A program made the position numbers and the translations under genes. From a virus (lineage: Duplodnaviria > Heunggongvirae > Uroviricota > Caudoviricetes): a stretch of 44,077 nt of DNA. Location of the stretch: positions 1 to 44,077 of the IMG/VR virus record IMGVR_UViG_2537561936_000014; one strand, given 5' to 3'. Below the pieces are notes generated by a model that was not told the origin of the DNA, ran no database searches, and saw only the letters and a program-made list of their open reading frames with translations. Below, piece by piece: positions 16,919-26,853 of this stretch. Position 1 is the stretch's first letter. The number at the start of each line of letters is the position of its first letter.

Positions 16919-18010
16919 ATGAGCAGACCGGACTGGGGGGCGTTGCAGCAGGAGTATATTGCTGAATACACCCGCTCCGGTATATCTCCGGTGGCATGGT
17001 GTGAAGCAAGGGGACTGAATTACGCAACGGCCCGTCGTTACATCAAAAAACCTCCGAAAAATGCGCAGACAGAAATGCGCAAAACTGCGCAAAAAAGTGC
17101 GCAGAAAAAATCTGCGCAGACTGCGCAAAAGCAGAACGGAAAATCTCAGAAAAAAAAGCCAGTATCCGATGCGTGCCTGAATAAGGGCGACACGGAGGAA
17201 TTTTCGTTCTGTCCCGATGAATTCGGCATCTCAGAGCAGCAGACGAAATTTGCGATGCTGGTTGCACAGGGGAGAAAACTCGTTGAGGCATATCGCCTGG
17301 CAGGATACGAGTCAGAGGGGAATGCGGCCTACGTCACTGCCAGCCAGCTCCTAAGAAATCCTAAGGTTTATCGGGCTATCTCATGGTTCCGCAATCAGTA
17401 CCAGAAACGCTATACCGCAGACCTAGATTTACTGGTGAGTCAGTTGATGGCCATTGTCCAGGCCGACCCCAATCAGTTGGCACAATTTCGCCGTGTTAAC
17501 TGCCGTTATTGCTGGGGCGAGAATCATCTCTACCAGTGGCGTGATATTGCAGAATTCGATAAGGCAGCAGCACAGGCCTCCAGAGATGGCAAACCCGAGC
17601 CGGAATATGGAGGCCTCGGCTTTGTTGATAACGCCATACCCAATCCGGATTGTCCGAAGTGCTGCGGTGAGGGAACGGGACAGCTTTATATGGCTGATAC
17701 CACTCTGCTTGATGGGGATGCGCGACAATTATATGCAGGGGCAAAGCTCGGGAAATTTGGTGTTGAGATCCTGCTGGAGGATAAGGCTGCCGCCCGGCGC
17801 GAACTTATCAAGCTGATAATGGCGACGAAAGGAGGTTCTGCTAGTGGTGCAACTGACAGTCGCAATGATCTGGAGCTTGAAGGACTGAGGCTTCGCAACG
17901 AAAAGCTGCGCACTGAGATTGAAAACCTCAAAAAAGGCGTGGGTGGTGAGAATAACGAAATAATTATCCACAACTCTCTGCCGATGCCGGGAGTGGATAA
18001 TGTCGATTGA
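16919..18010 (+). CDS. Terminase small subunit (HTH N-terminus, lysine-rich linker, CxxC motifs)
   Basis: 363 aa directly upstream of and overlapping the large terminase; N-terminal HTH-like segment; CRYCWGE and CPKCCGEG zinc-finger-like motifs; C-terminal coiled coil. Confidence 0.65.
   Translation: MSRPDWGALQQEYIAEYTRSGISPVAWCEARGLNYATARRYIKKPPKNAQTEMRKTAQKSAQKKSAQTAQKQNGKSQKKKPVSDACLNKGDTEEFSFCPDEFGISEQQTKFAMLVAQGRKLVEAYRLAGYESEGNAAYVTASQLLRNPKVYRAISWFRNQYQKRYTADLDLLVSQLMAIVQADPNQLAQFRRVNCRYCWGENHLYQWRDIAEFDKAAAQASRDGKPEPEYGGLGFVDNAIPNPDCPKCCGEGTGQLYMADTTLLDGDARQLYAGAKLGKFGVEILLEDKAAARRELIKLIMATKGGSASGATDSRNDLELEGLRLRNEKLRTEIENLKKGVGGENNEIIIHNSLPMPGVDNVD
17062..17127. repeat. Six TGCGCA repeats at roughly helical spacing inside the small terminase gene
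   Basis: TGCGCA at 17062, 17076, 17086, 17098, 17113, 17122 (spacings 9-15 bp), encoding a KTAQK/SAQ-rich linker. Confidence 0.8.
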
Positions 18011-19328
18011 AATCTACCTCCCAAAACCTCATGAGGGGCAAATAGCTGCATGGACGGCGGCAATAGAGGAACGCTTCCACGCGGTATGCTGTGGTCGTCG
18101 CTGGGGTAAAACGGTGATGCTGGTGAACATCGCTACCAGTTTCGCTACGCGGAAATTTGCCGTTCCTACCACCGGGCAACTTATCGCGGGTAGGGTGGGG
18201 ATTTTTACCGCTCAATACCGCCAGTACCAGGAAATCTGGGATGAAATTAGCGCCGTTCTGCAACCGCTGATCCTCAGTCAGTCAAAAAATGAAAAGCGCA
18301 TCATTCTCCGTAATGGGGGGCGCATCGACTTTTGGGTAACGGACAATAACAAACTGGCCGGGCGTGGGCGTAAATATCACGCTGTGCTGATTGATGAGGC
18401 CGCATTCACTAAATCGCCGGAAATGCTCGAGGAAATCTGGCCCCGAGCGATACGCCCGACGCTTGTCGATTACCGCGGCTGTGCGTGGGTATTTTCCACA
18501 CCAAACGGTATCGACGAGAGCAATTTTTTCTACGCGATATGCCACGATGAATCCCTGGGATTTGTCATGCACCATGCGCCAACTTCATCGAATCCGTATA
18601 TTCCGAAAGAAGAACTGGAGGAAACGGAGAAAAAATCCGATCCGCGCGTCTGGCAGCAGGAATATCTTGCAGAGTTCGTAGACTGGTCCAAAGACGCGTT
18701 ACTCGATGTCGATAAGCTGCTGGTGGACGGTCAACCAATTGAGATGCCGCCGTACTGCGACATGATTTTCGCAGTGATGGATACGGCGCTGAAAGGCGGG
18801 ACCGAAAATGATGGTACTGGCGTGGTGTATTTCTCTTATGAGTCAACGTATTCGGACGAGCCAAAACTGACGATTATTGACTGGGATGTGACGCAAATTA
18901 AAGCGTCATTGCTTCCTGAATATATCCCCGGCGTTTATGACAACCTCGAGCGCCTCGCGAAATTATGCCGTCCGCGTCTGGGCAGTCAGGGAATTTTTAT
19001 GGAAGACGCCGCGATGGGGGCAATCCTCAACCAGAAGGCGGAAACCGAAGGCTGGGATATGACGCCGATTAAATCGACACTAACCAGCAAGGGCAAAGAC
19101 GAACGGGCGGTGATGGCATCCAGCTACCACTATCAGGGGATGTGCAAAATCGTCCGGGAGGCTTACGACAAGACCGTTTCATTCAAACGTACCACCGCAA
19201 ACCCCCTCATTAAACAAATCGCCGGGTTCCACCTGGCAGACAAAGACGCGCATAAACGTGCTGATGACCTTTTCGATTGTTATACCTATGGATTGATCAT
19301 CGCACACGGTAATTACGCGGCGTTGTAA
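18000..19328 (+). CDS. Terminase large subunit
   Basis: 442 aa; Walker A-like CCGRRWGKT near N-terminus, acidic ATPase motif VLIDEAAF, nuclease-like C-terminal half. Confidence 0.9.
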   Translation: MSIEIYLPKPHEGQIAAWTAAIEERFHAVCCGRRWGKTVMLVNIATSFATRKFAVPTTGQLIAGRVGIFTAQYRQYQEIWDEISAVLQPLILSQSKNEKRIILRNGGRIDFWVTDNNKLAGRGRKYHAVLIDEAAFTKSPEMLEEIWPRAIRPTLVDYRGCAWVFSTPNGIDESNFFYAICHDESLGFVMHHAPTSSNPYIPKEELEETEKKSDPRVWQQEYLAEFVDWSKDALLDVDKLLVDGQPIEMPPYCDMIFAVMDTALKGGTENDGTGVVYFSYESTYSDEPKLTIIDWDVTQIKASLLPEYIPGVYDNLERLAKLCRPRLGSQGIFMEDAAMGAILNQKAETEGWDMTPIKSTLTSKGKDERAVMASSYHYQGMCKIVREAYDKTVSFKRTTANPLIKQIAGFHLADKDAHKRADDLFDCYTYGLIIAHGNYAAL

Positions 19329-19343
19329 AAAATCAGGATATTT

Positions 19344-20783
19344 TTGATGGCAGAGATCGAGATTACTGGCGGCCTCGGTTCAGCACTGATGCATATTCTT
19401 GAGGCTGAAGAAATTAAGCCGGGAACCGACACTGGCTATGAATTGTGTAAGCAGCTGTGGCAATTCCATCCTCTGGGCGGAAAACTTGTCGAAAAACCCA
19501 TACTGATGGCAATGTGTAAGCCGCGCCAGTATAACGTGGAGACAGATCCTGACGAGCGGGTTGTGCGGCGTTTTCAGGAGGTATGGGAACGTATGAAGGT
19601 CAACGAGAAGATTAAAAATCTGTTTTTTCTGTCTCGTTGCTACGGTGCCGCAGCGATCGGCGTGGGCACCGACAGCGTTCCATGTCGTGAACCGCTTCCG
19701 ACGTTCGGACTGACAGAAGATGACGTGTATATCAACGCGTGGGACCCGTTGAACGCTTCCGGTTCGATGGTGACTGACCAGAACCCCAACAGCCCGTTTT
19801 TCCAGGAAGCCAATAAAAAAATGAAGATTGGTGGGAAAGACTGGCATCCGTCACGCACACTGAAAATCTTCAACGGCACACCGATTTATCTGGAGTTTCA
19901 GAGTTCATCGTTCGGATTCACCGGACGAAGTGTGTTTCAGCGCGTTCTTTATTCCCTGAAATCCTATATCAACACGATGGAGGCGAATGATCTCGTCAGC
20001 CAGAAGGCAGGCGTACTGGTGGCTAAAGTTGTGCAGAACGGTTCGAAACTTGACGGGATCATGGCTGCCGCCACGGGACGAAAAAGGGAAAATGTCAAAG
20101 AGGCAAAAAATAAAGGTGTGCTTAGTATCGGGAAAGATGAGGACGTTACCTCGCTGAATTTACAAAACATCGATGGCGCGCTAAATGCCGCCCGCGACAA
20201 CATTATTTCCGATATTGCATCAGGTAGCGATGTTCCCGCGATTCTCATCAAGGAGGAGGCTTTCTCGAATGGTTTCGGTGAAGGAACTGAGGACTCGAAA
20301 GCTATCAGCCAGTATATCGATGGTGTGCGCCAGCAGATTGAACCCGTGATGGATTATTTCGAACGCCTGGTGCAGTACATCGCCTGGAACGAGGAATTTT
20401 ATCAGTCGCTGAAAAATGATTACCCGGACATCATAACTGACGACTATAAAACCACGTTTTACCAGTGGCGACGTGAATTTACCGCGACGTGGCAGGAGCT
20501 GGTGGAGGAGTCGCCGGACAAACGCCGGGAAAGCGACAGTAAAGTGATTCAACAGGCGATAGCACTTTTCTCTGCCGTGTCGCCACAGGTTGATCCTGAA
20601 AACCGTGCCGCCGTCACTGAATGGCTGGCAAGCCTTGTTAATGCCACGCAAACCTATGGCGCAGCTCCACTCATCATTGATGTGGACGCGCTGGCGAATT
20701 ATGAACCACCGAAGCAGGAGACGCCTGATGGCAATTTCCAGCCGGGCGGTGAGGAAGAAGAAACGGATCAGAACGCTGTATGA
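19344..20783 (+). CDS. Portal protein (probable)
   Basis: 479 aa immediately after the large terminase; acidic C-terminal tail; size and position typical for portal. Confidence 0.7.
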   Translation: MMAEIEITGGLGSALMHILEAEEIKPGTDTGYELCKQLWQFHPLGGKLVEKPILMAMCKPRQYNVETDPDERVVRRFQEVWERMKVNEKIKNLFFLSRCYGAAAIGVGTDSVPCREPLPTFGLTEDDVYINAWDPLNASGSMVTDQNPNSPFFQEANKKMKIGGKDWHPSRTLKIFNGTPIYLEFQSSSFGFTGRSVFQRVLYSLKSYINTMEANDLVSQKAGVLVAKVVQNGSKLDGIMAAATGRKRENVKEAKNKGVLSIGKDEDVTSLNLQNIDGALNAARDNIISDIASGSDVPAILIKEEAFSNGFGEGTEDSKAISQYIDGVRQQIEPVMDYFERLVQYIAWNEEFYQSLKNDYPDIITDDYKTTFYQWRREFTATWQELVEESPDKRRESDSKVIQQAIALFSAVSPQVDPENRAAVTEWLASLVNATQTYGAAPLIIDVDALANYEPPKQETPDGNFQPGGEEEETDQNAV

Positions 20784-21561
20784 GGTTCTGACGGATGCCG
20801 TTAACTACTACGTAAATCACGGGTGGGATAGCGAAAAATCATTGCTCGAATGGTGCCGGAAACTCCGTGTAGCCGCTCAGCGAGAAACCCCTGATGATAC
20901 CGTAGCCAGAAAACATCTCACCGCTATCTACAGCCGTCTTGTCATCGACGGCGGGGCATTACGGGATCAGCCTCCTGACGGCCCTAAAAAAATCACTGTT
21001 GAAAAACTGAAACCTGAGTTTCGCAAGGAACTCGACAGGCGAATTTTCGCCAGTGCCAACCTGATAAAACTCAACCGCGAACAGGCTATCGAGAAAACCA
21101 TACAGCGTTTTCAGGGGTGGGTTACGTCCATTCCCCCTGACGGGGTGAGCGAAATTGATCGCCGGGAAGTGAAGGCCGGGTTTCAGAAATCCGTGAAGGA
21201 TATGGATTTTATCAGTCGTCGGGTGGCAATTGACCAGGGGCATAAGCTGGCAAGCAACGTTAAGTATCTGCTGGCTGTTCAGAGTGGAGCGATTGCTCTG
21301 CGCTGGCATTCGAACTGGCGGCGTCCGGGCTACAAATACCGACAGGACCACAAAGAGCGCGACGAGAAAATTTATCTCCTCCGCGATTCGTGGGCACTGG
21401 AGCAGGGACTGATTAAGCCCGTATATGGTTTTTATGACGAAATCACTGCTGCCGGGGAGGAGGTTTATTGCAGTTGCGATGCTCTGCCGATCTACGCCCC
21501 TCAGAAACTACCCGACGAATTTTTAACGGAGAAGGGCAAACGTGAGTTTAACAGAACTTGA
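20728..21561 (+). CDS. Head morphogenesis / minor capsid protein (probable)
   Basis: Start trimmed to ATG 20728 (AGGAG upstream); 277 aa between portal and scaffold-like gene. Confidence 0.5.
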   Translation: MAISSRAVRKKKRIRTLYEVLTDAVNYYVNHGWDSEKSLLEWCRKLRVAAQRETPDDTVARKHLTAIYSRLVIDGGALRDQPPDGPKKITVEKLKPEFRKELDRRIFASANLIKLNREQAIEKTIQRFQGWVTSIPPDGVSEIDRREVKAGFQKSVKDMDFISRRVAIDQGHKLASNVKYLLAVQSGAIALRWHSNWRRPGYKYRQDHKERDEKIYLLRDSWALEQGLIKPVYGFYDEITAAGEEVYCSCDALPIYAPQKLPDEFLTEKGKREFNRT

Positions 21562-22864
21562 AGTGGCAGAACGCATCAGGGACGGAACCGTACCGTCTCC
21601 GGTGAAATTTTCCAACATGTGGCTGGTGAATTTGCGAATAACCGGAACCGGGCTTGCCTATCGCGCCGGGGAGAAAGAGCACGTCTGGCGTGATCCAAAG
21701 CTCTATCTGAATGAGGAGTTTTTAAGGCGATGCAATGGCCTTCCGGTTATCGCAAACCATCCTGATGACGCAGTCCTGACGGAGGAGGATTTTAAATCGC
21801 GGATCGTCGGTAGTGTCATGCTGCCGTATATCCGGGGTGACGAGGTATGGGCAGTGTGCCGTGTTTACCTTCAGAGCATTGTTGAAGAAATCACTGAGGG
21901 GGGTGTTTCGACAAGCCCGACGGTGGTGTTCAACAGCACATCAGGAAATGTGGAAGTACAGGAAGGTGACACCAATTTTTTAATTGAAGGTGTTCCTTTC
22001 CTTGTTGATCACATCGCCCTGGTGACGAAAGCCCACGGCTCGCTGGGCGTGTGGGATAAAGACCGGATCCCCGCAGGGGTTGAAGTGACAAACACAGGTG
22101 AAATCGAGATGAAAAAAGAAGAACTCCAGGCCCTGTTACAGGGGGTGGTGAACGATGCCCTGAGCGGCATTAATCAGAAAATCGATGGAGTAGTCACGCG
22201 CATGGACTCACTGGAACAGCGGGACAAAGCGCGGGCGGATGCCGAAGAGCAGGCGAAAAAAGAGGACGAAGAAAAGGCCAAAGCCGATGAAGCCGCAGAG
22301 GAACAGCGTAAAGCTGATGAAGATGCGACAAAGAAGGCGGAAGAAAAAGCCAAAGCTGACGAGGCAGCAGACAAAGATGCTGAGGAGAAAGCAAAGGCTG
22401 ATTCCGAAGCAGAAGAACAGCGTAAGGCCGACGAGGAGGCAGAAAAAGAACGCAATGATTCTGCCCTGGCAGAAGCACAGGCAAAAGCCGACTCCGCATT
22501 CAGTGCCTGCGGTAAAAACGCGCCAGCACCGTTTTCTGGCGAAAATGCGCTGGACTACCGTAAGCGTGCGCTAATCGCTATGCAGAAACACTCTCCGGCA
22601 CATAAGGACGTCAATATTCGCGCGATAGCGGATTCTGCAACGCTGGCTGTGCTTGAGGACGCAATTTTCAGTGCCGCCCGTCAGTCCATCGAAAAAGAAA
22701 TGATGAGCACGCAGGGGCAACTGCATAAACGTATCCGCAGCGACGAAGCCGGACGTCGCATTACTGAATATCAGGGTGATCCGAACGTCTGGTTGGGTGC
22801 CTTCAAAATTCCGGGGCGTCGTCTGGCAAAAATTAACACTCAAGGGAGCCTGAACAATGGCTGA
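21542..22864 (+). CDS. Scaffold-like head protein with acidic coiled-coil repeats (possible prohead protease/scaffold)
   Basis: 440 aa, GTG start; central block of tandem EEKAKADEAA-type repeats about 22240-22450; located between portal-associated and capsid genes. Confidence 0.5.
   Translation: MSLTELEVAERIRDGTVPSPVKFSNMWLVNLRITGTGLAYRAGEKEHVWRDPKLYLNEEFLRRCNGLPVIANHPDDAVLTEEDFKSRIVGSVMLPYIRGDEVWAVCRVYLQSIVEEITEGGVSTSPTVVFNSTSGNVEVQEGDTNFLIEGVPFLVDHIALVTKAHGSLGVWDKDRIPAGVEVTNTGEIEMKKEELQALLQGVVNDALSGINQKIDGVVTRMDSLEQRDKARADAEEQAKKEDEEKAKADEAAEEQRKADEDATKKAEEKAKADEAADKDAEEKAKADSEAEEQRKADEEAEKERNDSALAEAQAKADSAFSACGKNAPAPFSGENALDYRKRALIAMQKHSPAHKDVNIRAIADSATLAVLEDAIFSAARQSIEKEMMSTQGQLHKRIRSDEAGRRITEYQGDPNVWLGAFKIPGRRLAKINTQGSLNNG
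22240..22450. repeat. Tandem low-complexity repeats encoding A/E/K-rich heptad-like units
   Basis: Repeated gaagaaaaagccaaagctga / gaggaacagcgtaaagc units within the scaffold-like gene. Confidence 0.7.
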
Positions 22865-23474
22865 TATTAACTTTCATCCGTTTAAAAACCGTGGAGCATT
22901 TGGTGGCCTTTTTAACGTCGAATCCCGTGGGCTGATGCAGGGGGATGCGCAGGATGATCCGGCAATTCGTCTGCAACTTTGCTCCGGTCGACTGGACAGC
23001 AAAATCACTGATCCGGTATGGGGTGGCGTTGGAGTTATGGAGTGCATTGCTCCCGCGAAAGACAGCGTTAACGGCGCGGTAATTAAGCAGGCTACACAAA
23101 ACGCATGTAACGCCTTTACGGTCTTTAATCAGGCATTTCATGGTATTACCACGCCGGATAATCCGGTGCCGTTATATCTCGCGGGTGGCTTTGTTCACTA
23201 TTACCGCGTTGGCTCAGGCGCCCGCATTCCTCTCCCGGTCAGTGCAGAAGTTGTTGCGTTGGCTGATGGCAATAACACCGTTGCTGCCAGTGGCTTTGTG
23301 TGGGACCTGACGAAAAACATGGTTGATGTTTATTCGGGATCACCCGGCGCTAATCCGAAAGTGGATATTAAGCTGCTGATGGTTTCAGTTGACGGAAACC
23401 TGACGGTGAAAAAAGAGGATGGCGGTAACGTTGTCTGGGAAATCGGCAAACCGTGCGGCCTGTTTTTAATTTAA
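22857..23474 (+). CDS. Hypothetical head protein
   Basis: 205-aa ORF between scaffold-like and major capsid genes; structural role inferred from position. Confidence 0.4.
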   Translation: MADINFHPFKNRGAFGGLFNVESRGLMQGDAQDDPAIRLQLCSGRLDSKITDPVWGGVGVMECIAPAKDSVNGAVIKQATQNACNAFTVFNQAFHGITTPDNPVPLYLAGGFVHYYRVGSGARIPLPVSAEVVALADGNNTVAASGFVWDLTKNMVDVYSGSPGANPKVDIKLLMVSVDGNLTVKKEDGGNVVWEIGKPCGLFLI

Positions 23475-23488
23475 GGGGATATTAATTA

Positions 23489-24517
23489 ATGAGTGCATTT
23501 ACTCCTGCGACTACTATTGTGTCGCCGTCAATGGTGCTGCCGGAAATGATCGTGCAACAGAGCATGGCTTCCGGTGCGTTTGAAGTCCTGGCTGGCGGTG
23601 CTCCAGCGGTAAAAATTAGTTCCAGTGATTTGATGGTCTATCAGAAATATCTGCGCATGACCTCGCAGGCGCAGGTCGGCCAGTCTCTGCCGGGCCAGTT
23701 ACCGTCTTCCAGTATCTCTGGCGGCTATGACGGGATGATGACTTACCGAATTTCTTCCCGCTCGCAATACAGCTATCTCGATACTGATGCAGCAGATCGC
23801 TGGGGCTATTCTCTGATTGAAGGCCTGCGCCTGGCTAACCGTCAGGGACACGCTCAAATGTTGCGTAATATGCTGCTGTATGGCGTGAATGCAGCTAATA
23901 ACGAGGGGATCACCAACTCCCCGAACGCAGTGACGCTGAATCTGGGCAACGACAGCAAAGGGAATGATTCATATACCACCTGGGATTCCGGTGAGATGGC
24001 TAAATTTATGCTTGGCCTGATTGCTGACCAGAAAACCCGCATGTTGCTGCTGGGACAGCCATTAACGACTGTTATTCTAAGCCCACAGCGATTCATGAAG
24101 GCGCTGGAGTGGACAGGAATTGTTGAGCTGACCAGTTACCAGCGTCCTGGTGGTGGTACCGGAACGGTGGGAACGATGGTTAAAGACGTCGCCGATAAGG
24201 CGACAGGTGATGACATCATTTTCTGCCAGGACGACACGCTGATTGGTAAAGGCGCTGGTGGTAATGACCTGATCATCGTTACGAACCCGACGATTGAGGT
24301 TCCGGAAGCGCGTCACACCATTAACACCAATATTTTCTCCACGCTGGTACCTAACCAGCAGGCCGTCAACGTGATGTTCTGTGATATGGCAGCGCCGACG
24401 GAAATTCCGTCCCCTATGCCGGATGGCGGCATGACCACGTTGTATACCATGCGTGCGACGCCGGGCTGGAACTTCCGCCCTGAGGGGATCACCCTGTTGT
24501 CTGCCAAATACGCATAA
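23489..24517 (+). CDS. Major capsid protein (probable)
   Basis: 342 aa; position after the scaffold; followed by a strong terminator, typical for a highly expressed capsid gene. Confidence 0.6.
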   Translation: MSAFTPATTIVSPSMVLPEMIVQQSMASGAFEVLAGGAPAVKISSSDLMVYQKYLRMTSQAQVGQSLPGQLPSSSISGGYDGMMTYRISSRSQYSYLDTDAADRWGYSLIEGLRLANRQGHAQMLRNMLLYGVNAANNEGITNSPNAVTLNLGNDSKGNDSYTTWDSGEMAKFMLGLIADQKTRMLLLGQPLTTVILSPQRFMKALEWTGIVELTSYQRPGGGTGTVGTMVKDVADKATGDDIIFCQDDTLIGKGAGGNDLIIVTNPTIEVPEARHTINTNIFSTLVPNQQAVNVMFCDMAAPTEIPSPMPDGGMTTLYTMRATPGWNFRPEGITLLSAKYA

Positions 24518-24536
24518 ACGTTCAATCTGATAATGC

Positions 24537-24561
24537 GGGGAGCTAAATGCTCCCCTTTTTT
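24537..24561 (+). terminator. Rho-independent terminator after the capsid gene
   Basis: ggggagc-taaat-gctcccc hairpin followed by TTTTTT. Confidence 0.75.
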
Positions 24562-24574
24562 GTGGGAAAAATTT

Positions 24575-25045
24575 ATGAAGCTCTACATCGCTAACTGCTC
24601 ACGTCAGCCGCACACGTTCAACTACAAACTCCCCGAAAAAACGCAGTCGTTCGGTGTGACAATTCCGTCCGGACGTCAGCATATGATCGAAAATCAGTCC
24701 GATATTATCGACCACATCATCCGACAGCATGAGCCTTATGGATTCCAGCGTTGTGACAAGGTGGACAAGAATTTTTCCGGTATCTGCTATTCCATCGATA
24801 AACCTGTGAGCGTCGGTCGCATTGAGGATTGCGCGGAGCAGAAAACGGAAAATCTGGAATCCCTGTCAGAAGAAATTCTCGCAGCCAGCGCCGTATCGCT
24901 GAATAACGCAGTGGATCAGGCAGTGATTCAGAGTGGCGAAAAACCTCAACCGGGTGGTATTGAAATGGAAATCACCGGGGAAGCGATTAACACTGAACAG
25001 GAAAATCCGCCCAGCACAAAGCGAAATATTAAGGTTAAAAAATAA
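24575..25045 (+). CDS. Hypothetical head/neck protein
   Basis: 156-aa ORF from ATG 24575; position in head-tail joining block. Confidence 0.4.
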   Translation: MKLYIANCSRQPHTFNYKLPEKTQSFGVTIPSGRQHMIENQSDIIDHIIRQHEPYGFQRCDKVDKNFSGICYSIDKPVSVGRIEDCAEQKTENLESLSEEILAASAVSLNNAVDQAVIQSGEKPQPGGIEMEITGEAINTEQENPPSTKRNIKVKK

Positions 25046-25485
25046 TGACCTTGCGTCCGTCACTGGAGGGATTTATTCGCTTTGTTCGTGACGACATGAA
25101 AGTACCGGTTCATGCTATTGCTGACGATGATCCGACGCTGGAATGTTGCTTTCAGTCTGCGATGGAGCTAATCCCTCATGATCAGGGGCTGGAGCGTTTA
25201 CCCATCATCTATGTGCGAACGGTTTATAACGCTGCCGCCTCATTTCTCCTGAATTTCGCTCCCGGCTCGTGGTTTGCCGACCTGAGAAAAAAACTCAACA
25301 TTGGGAAACTGGCTACTGGGCTTGTCAGTGCGGCAGCAGACCAGGGGACATCGGGTTCGATCACCATCAGCGATGCGCTGAGTAATCTGTCTTTGCTGGA
25401 TTTGCAGATGTTACAGGATCCGTATGGACGACAGGTTGTTGCGGTGCTGATGCAGATGGGCACGGTATGGGGTTACACGCCATGA
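25045..25485 (+). CDS. Hypothetical head-tail connector protein
   Basis: 146-aa ORF, ATGA-coupled to neighbours. Confidence 0.4.
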   Translation: MTLRPSLEGFIRFVRDDMKVPVHAIADDDPTLECCFQSAMELIPHDQGLERLPIIYVRTVYNAAASFLLNFAPGSWFADLRKKLNIGKLATGLVSAAADQGTSGSITISDALSNLSLLDLQMLQDPYGRQVVAVLMQMGTVWGYTP

Positions 25486-25922
25486 AACTTTGTTTTGGGG
25501 TTATCGACCAGCCGTATGACTACGGCGACGAGCCGGGAAAAACCACGTTTGACGTAGCCTGTGACCTCGAGGAGCGATACGAAATTTTTACGCACTTCTG
25601 GGAAATGCATAAGGACGAGATTATCCAGGAGGCAGGTACTGAACTGGCATACCAGTTGGTCAATCACTTCAAGTATAAGGCTCCGCTACCTGGCGAGCAT
25701 TTTCTGGAAGGGAGCGGGAAGATTTTCCATATTTTTCTTGAAACTGAAGAAATGGCCGGGATGACGATTAACGGAAACCCTGTGCCAACTCAGGCCGCGC
25801 TACTGGGCGTTAACTCCAGGCTTAAGGATAAATATACCGGAGAGCGGCGTCCGTCATTCATAGACGGCGGCCTGTTTAAGGGCAGCTTTATAGCGTGGAT
25901 AGATAATAATGCCGAGTCTTGA
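25482..25922 (+). CDS. Hypothetical head-tail joining protein
   Basis: ATG 25482 overlapping the upstream stop (ATGA); 146 aa. Confidence 0.4.
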   Translation: MKLCFGVIDQPYDYGDEPGKTTFDVACDLEERYEIFTHFWEMHKDEIIQEAGTELAYQLVNHFKYKAPLPGEHFLEGSGKIFHIFLETEEMAGMTINGNPVPTQAALLGVNSRLKDKYTGERRPSFIDGGLFKGSFIAWIDNNAES

Positions 25923-26853
25923 GGAATTAGCCGAACAGCACAGTTCGCAGCTCTCGTCCGTTCTTAAATCCGCAGTTGAAACCATCTCGTCAGACCAGGA
26001 AATCACGTTCAGGCTCTATGTCCGGCAGGTTCTGCCGCTGGATGGCTTTGTCTATTGGGTTAATGCGGAAATCATCAGTTGCGATGAACTGTGTCGCCTG
26101 AATATTGAGTCACCAACTCGTCTGAAAATCAAAGGCAGCCTGCATCGTCAGGTTATTGCGATTCAGGACGAGTCTGTCTCGAAGGATGTGAACAACATTA
26201 TTTTCACGCCTGTTCAGCAGGTTGATGATTTTAATGTGGAAAATCCCGATGCGATCTATCTCGGTGAGTACGGAGGCGTCCAGTTCGCTTTTTCACGAAT
26301 GGAGAGCCGTTATCAGCAGTCGGGTATTTTTCATTATCGCGGCATGGCGATTTTGCCAACCATGCGTTCCCAGATTATCGACTGCGAGGAGGATATCAGC
26401 GACGAGCAGATCATCTCTAACAGCATCCCGATCTGGCTGCAAATGAAAGATGCCGCGACCGTGTATCCGTCTTACCTGGTACCGCAGAACCTTCGCCCAC
26501 CGTATATCGCGGTGGATGTTCGCAACAGTATTCCGTTGCAGGTGGCTCCCGTTGTTTTCGGCGGTGAGCGGTTTCAGCTCGTCCAGGATTCGGTTCGCCT
26601 GACGCTTTACGGATTCAGCAACAAAATGGCGCTGGATCTTGTCGACTCGGTGGTGAACAGGGCGCTGGAGGAGGAAAGGTTTGGTGTAACCAATATTCCG
26701 GTGGTTCAGGACGCAAAGTCGGGACAGGTTGAAATCAACGCTCTGGCGAAGAAAAAGATTGTCGATTTTGACGTGAATTACTACCAGAGCACCGCCCGGG
26801 AAATGTCCCGGCAGTTGATTGAAAAAGTTATTTGTAAATATGAGGTTAAATAA
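25909..26853 (+). CDS. Hypothetical structural protein
   Basis: 314-aa ORF immediately upstream of the sheath-like gene. Confidence 0.4.
   Translation: MPSLEELAEQHSSQLSSVLKSAVETISSDQEITFRLYVRQVLPLDGFVYWVNAEIISCDELCRLNIESPTRLKIKGSLHRQVIAIQDESVSKDVNNIIFTPVQQVDDFNVENPDAIYLGEYGGVQFAFSRMESRYQQSGIFHYRGMAILPTMRSQIIDCEEDISDEQIISNSIPIWLQMKDAATVYPSYLVPQNLRPPYIAVDVRNSIPLQVAPVVFGGERFQLVQDSVRLTLYGFSNKMALDLVDSVVNRALEEERFGVTNIPVVQDAKSGQVEINALAKKKIVDFDVNYYQSTAREMSRQLIEKVICKYEVK

Noticed and set aside
22174..22574. Antisense and alternate-frame ORFs across the scaffold repeat block
   Set aside because: They arise from the repetitive A/G-rich sequence; products are low-complexity (poly-Ser/Ala or Lys/Arg-rich).
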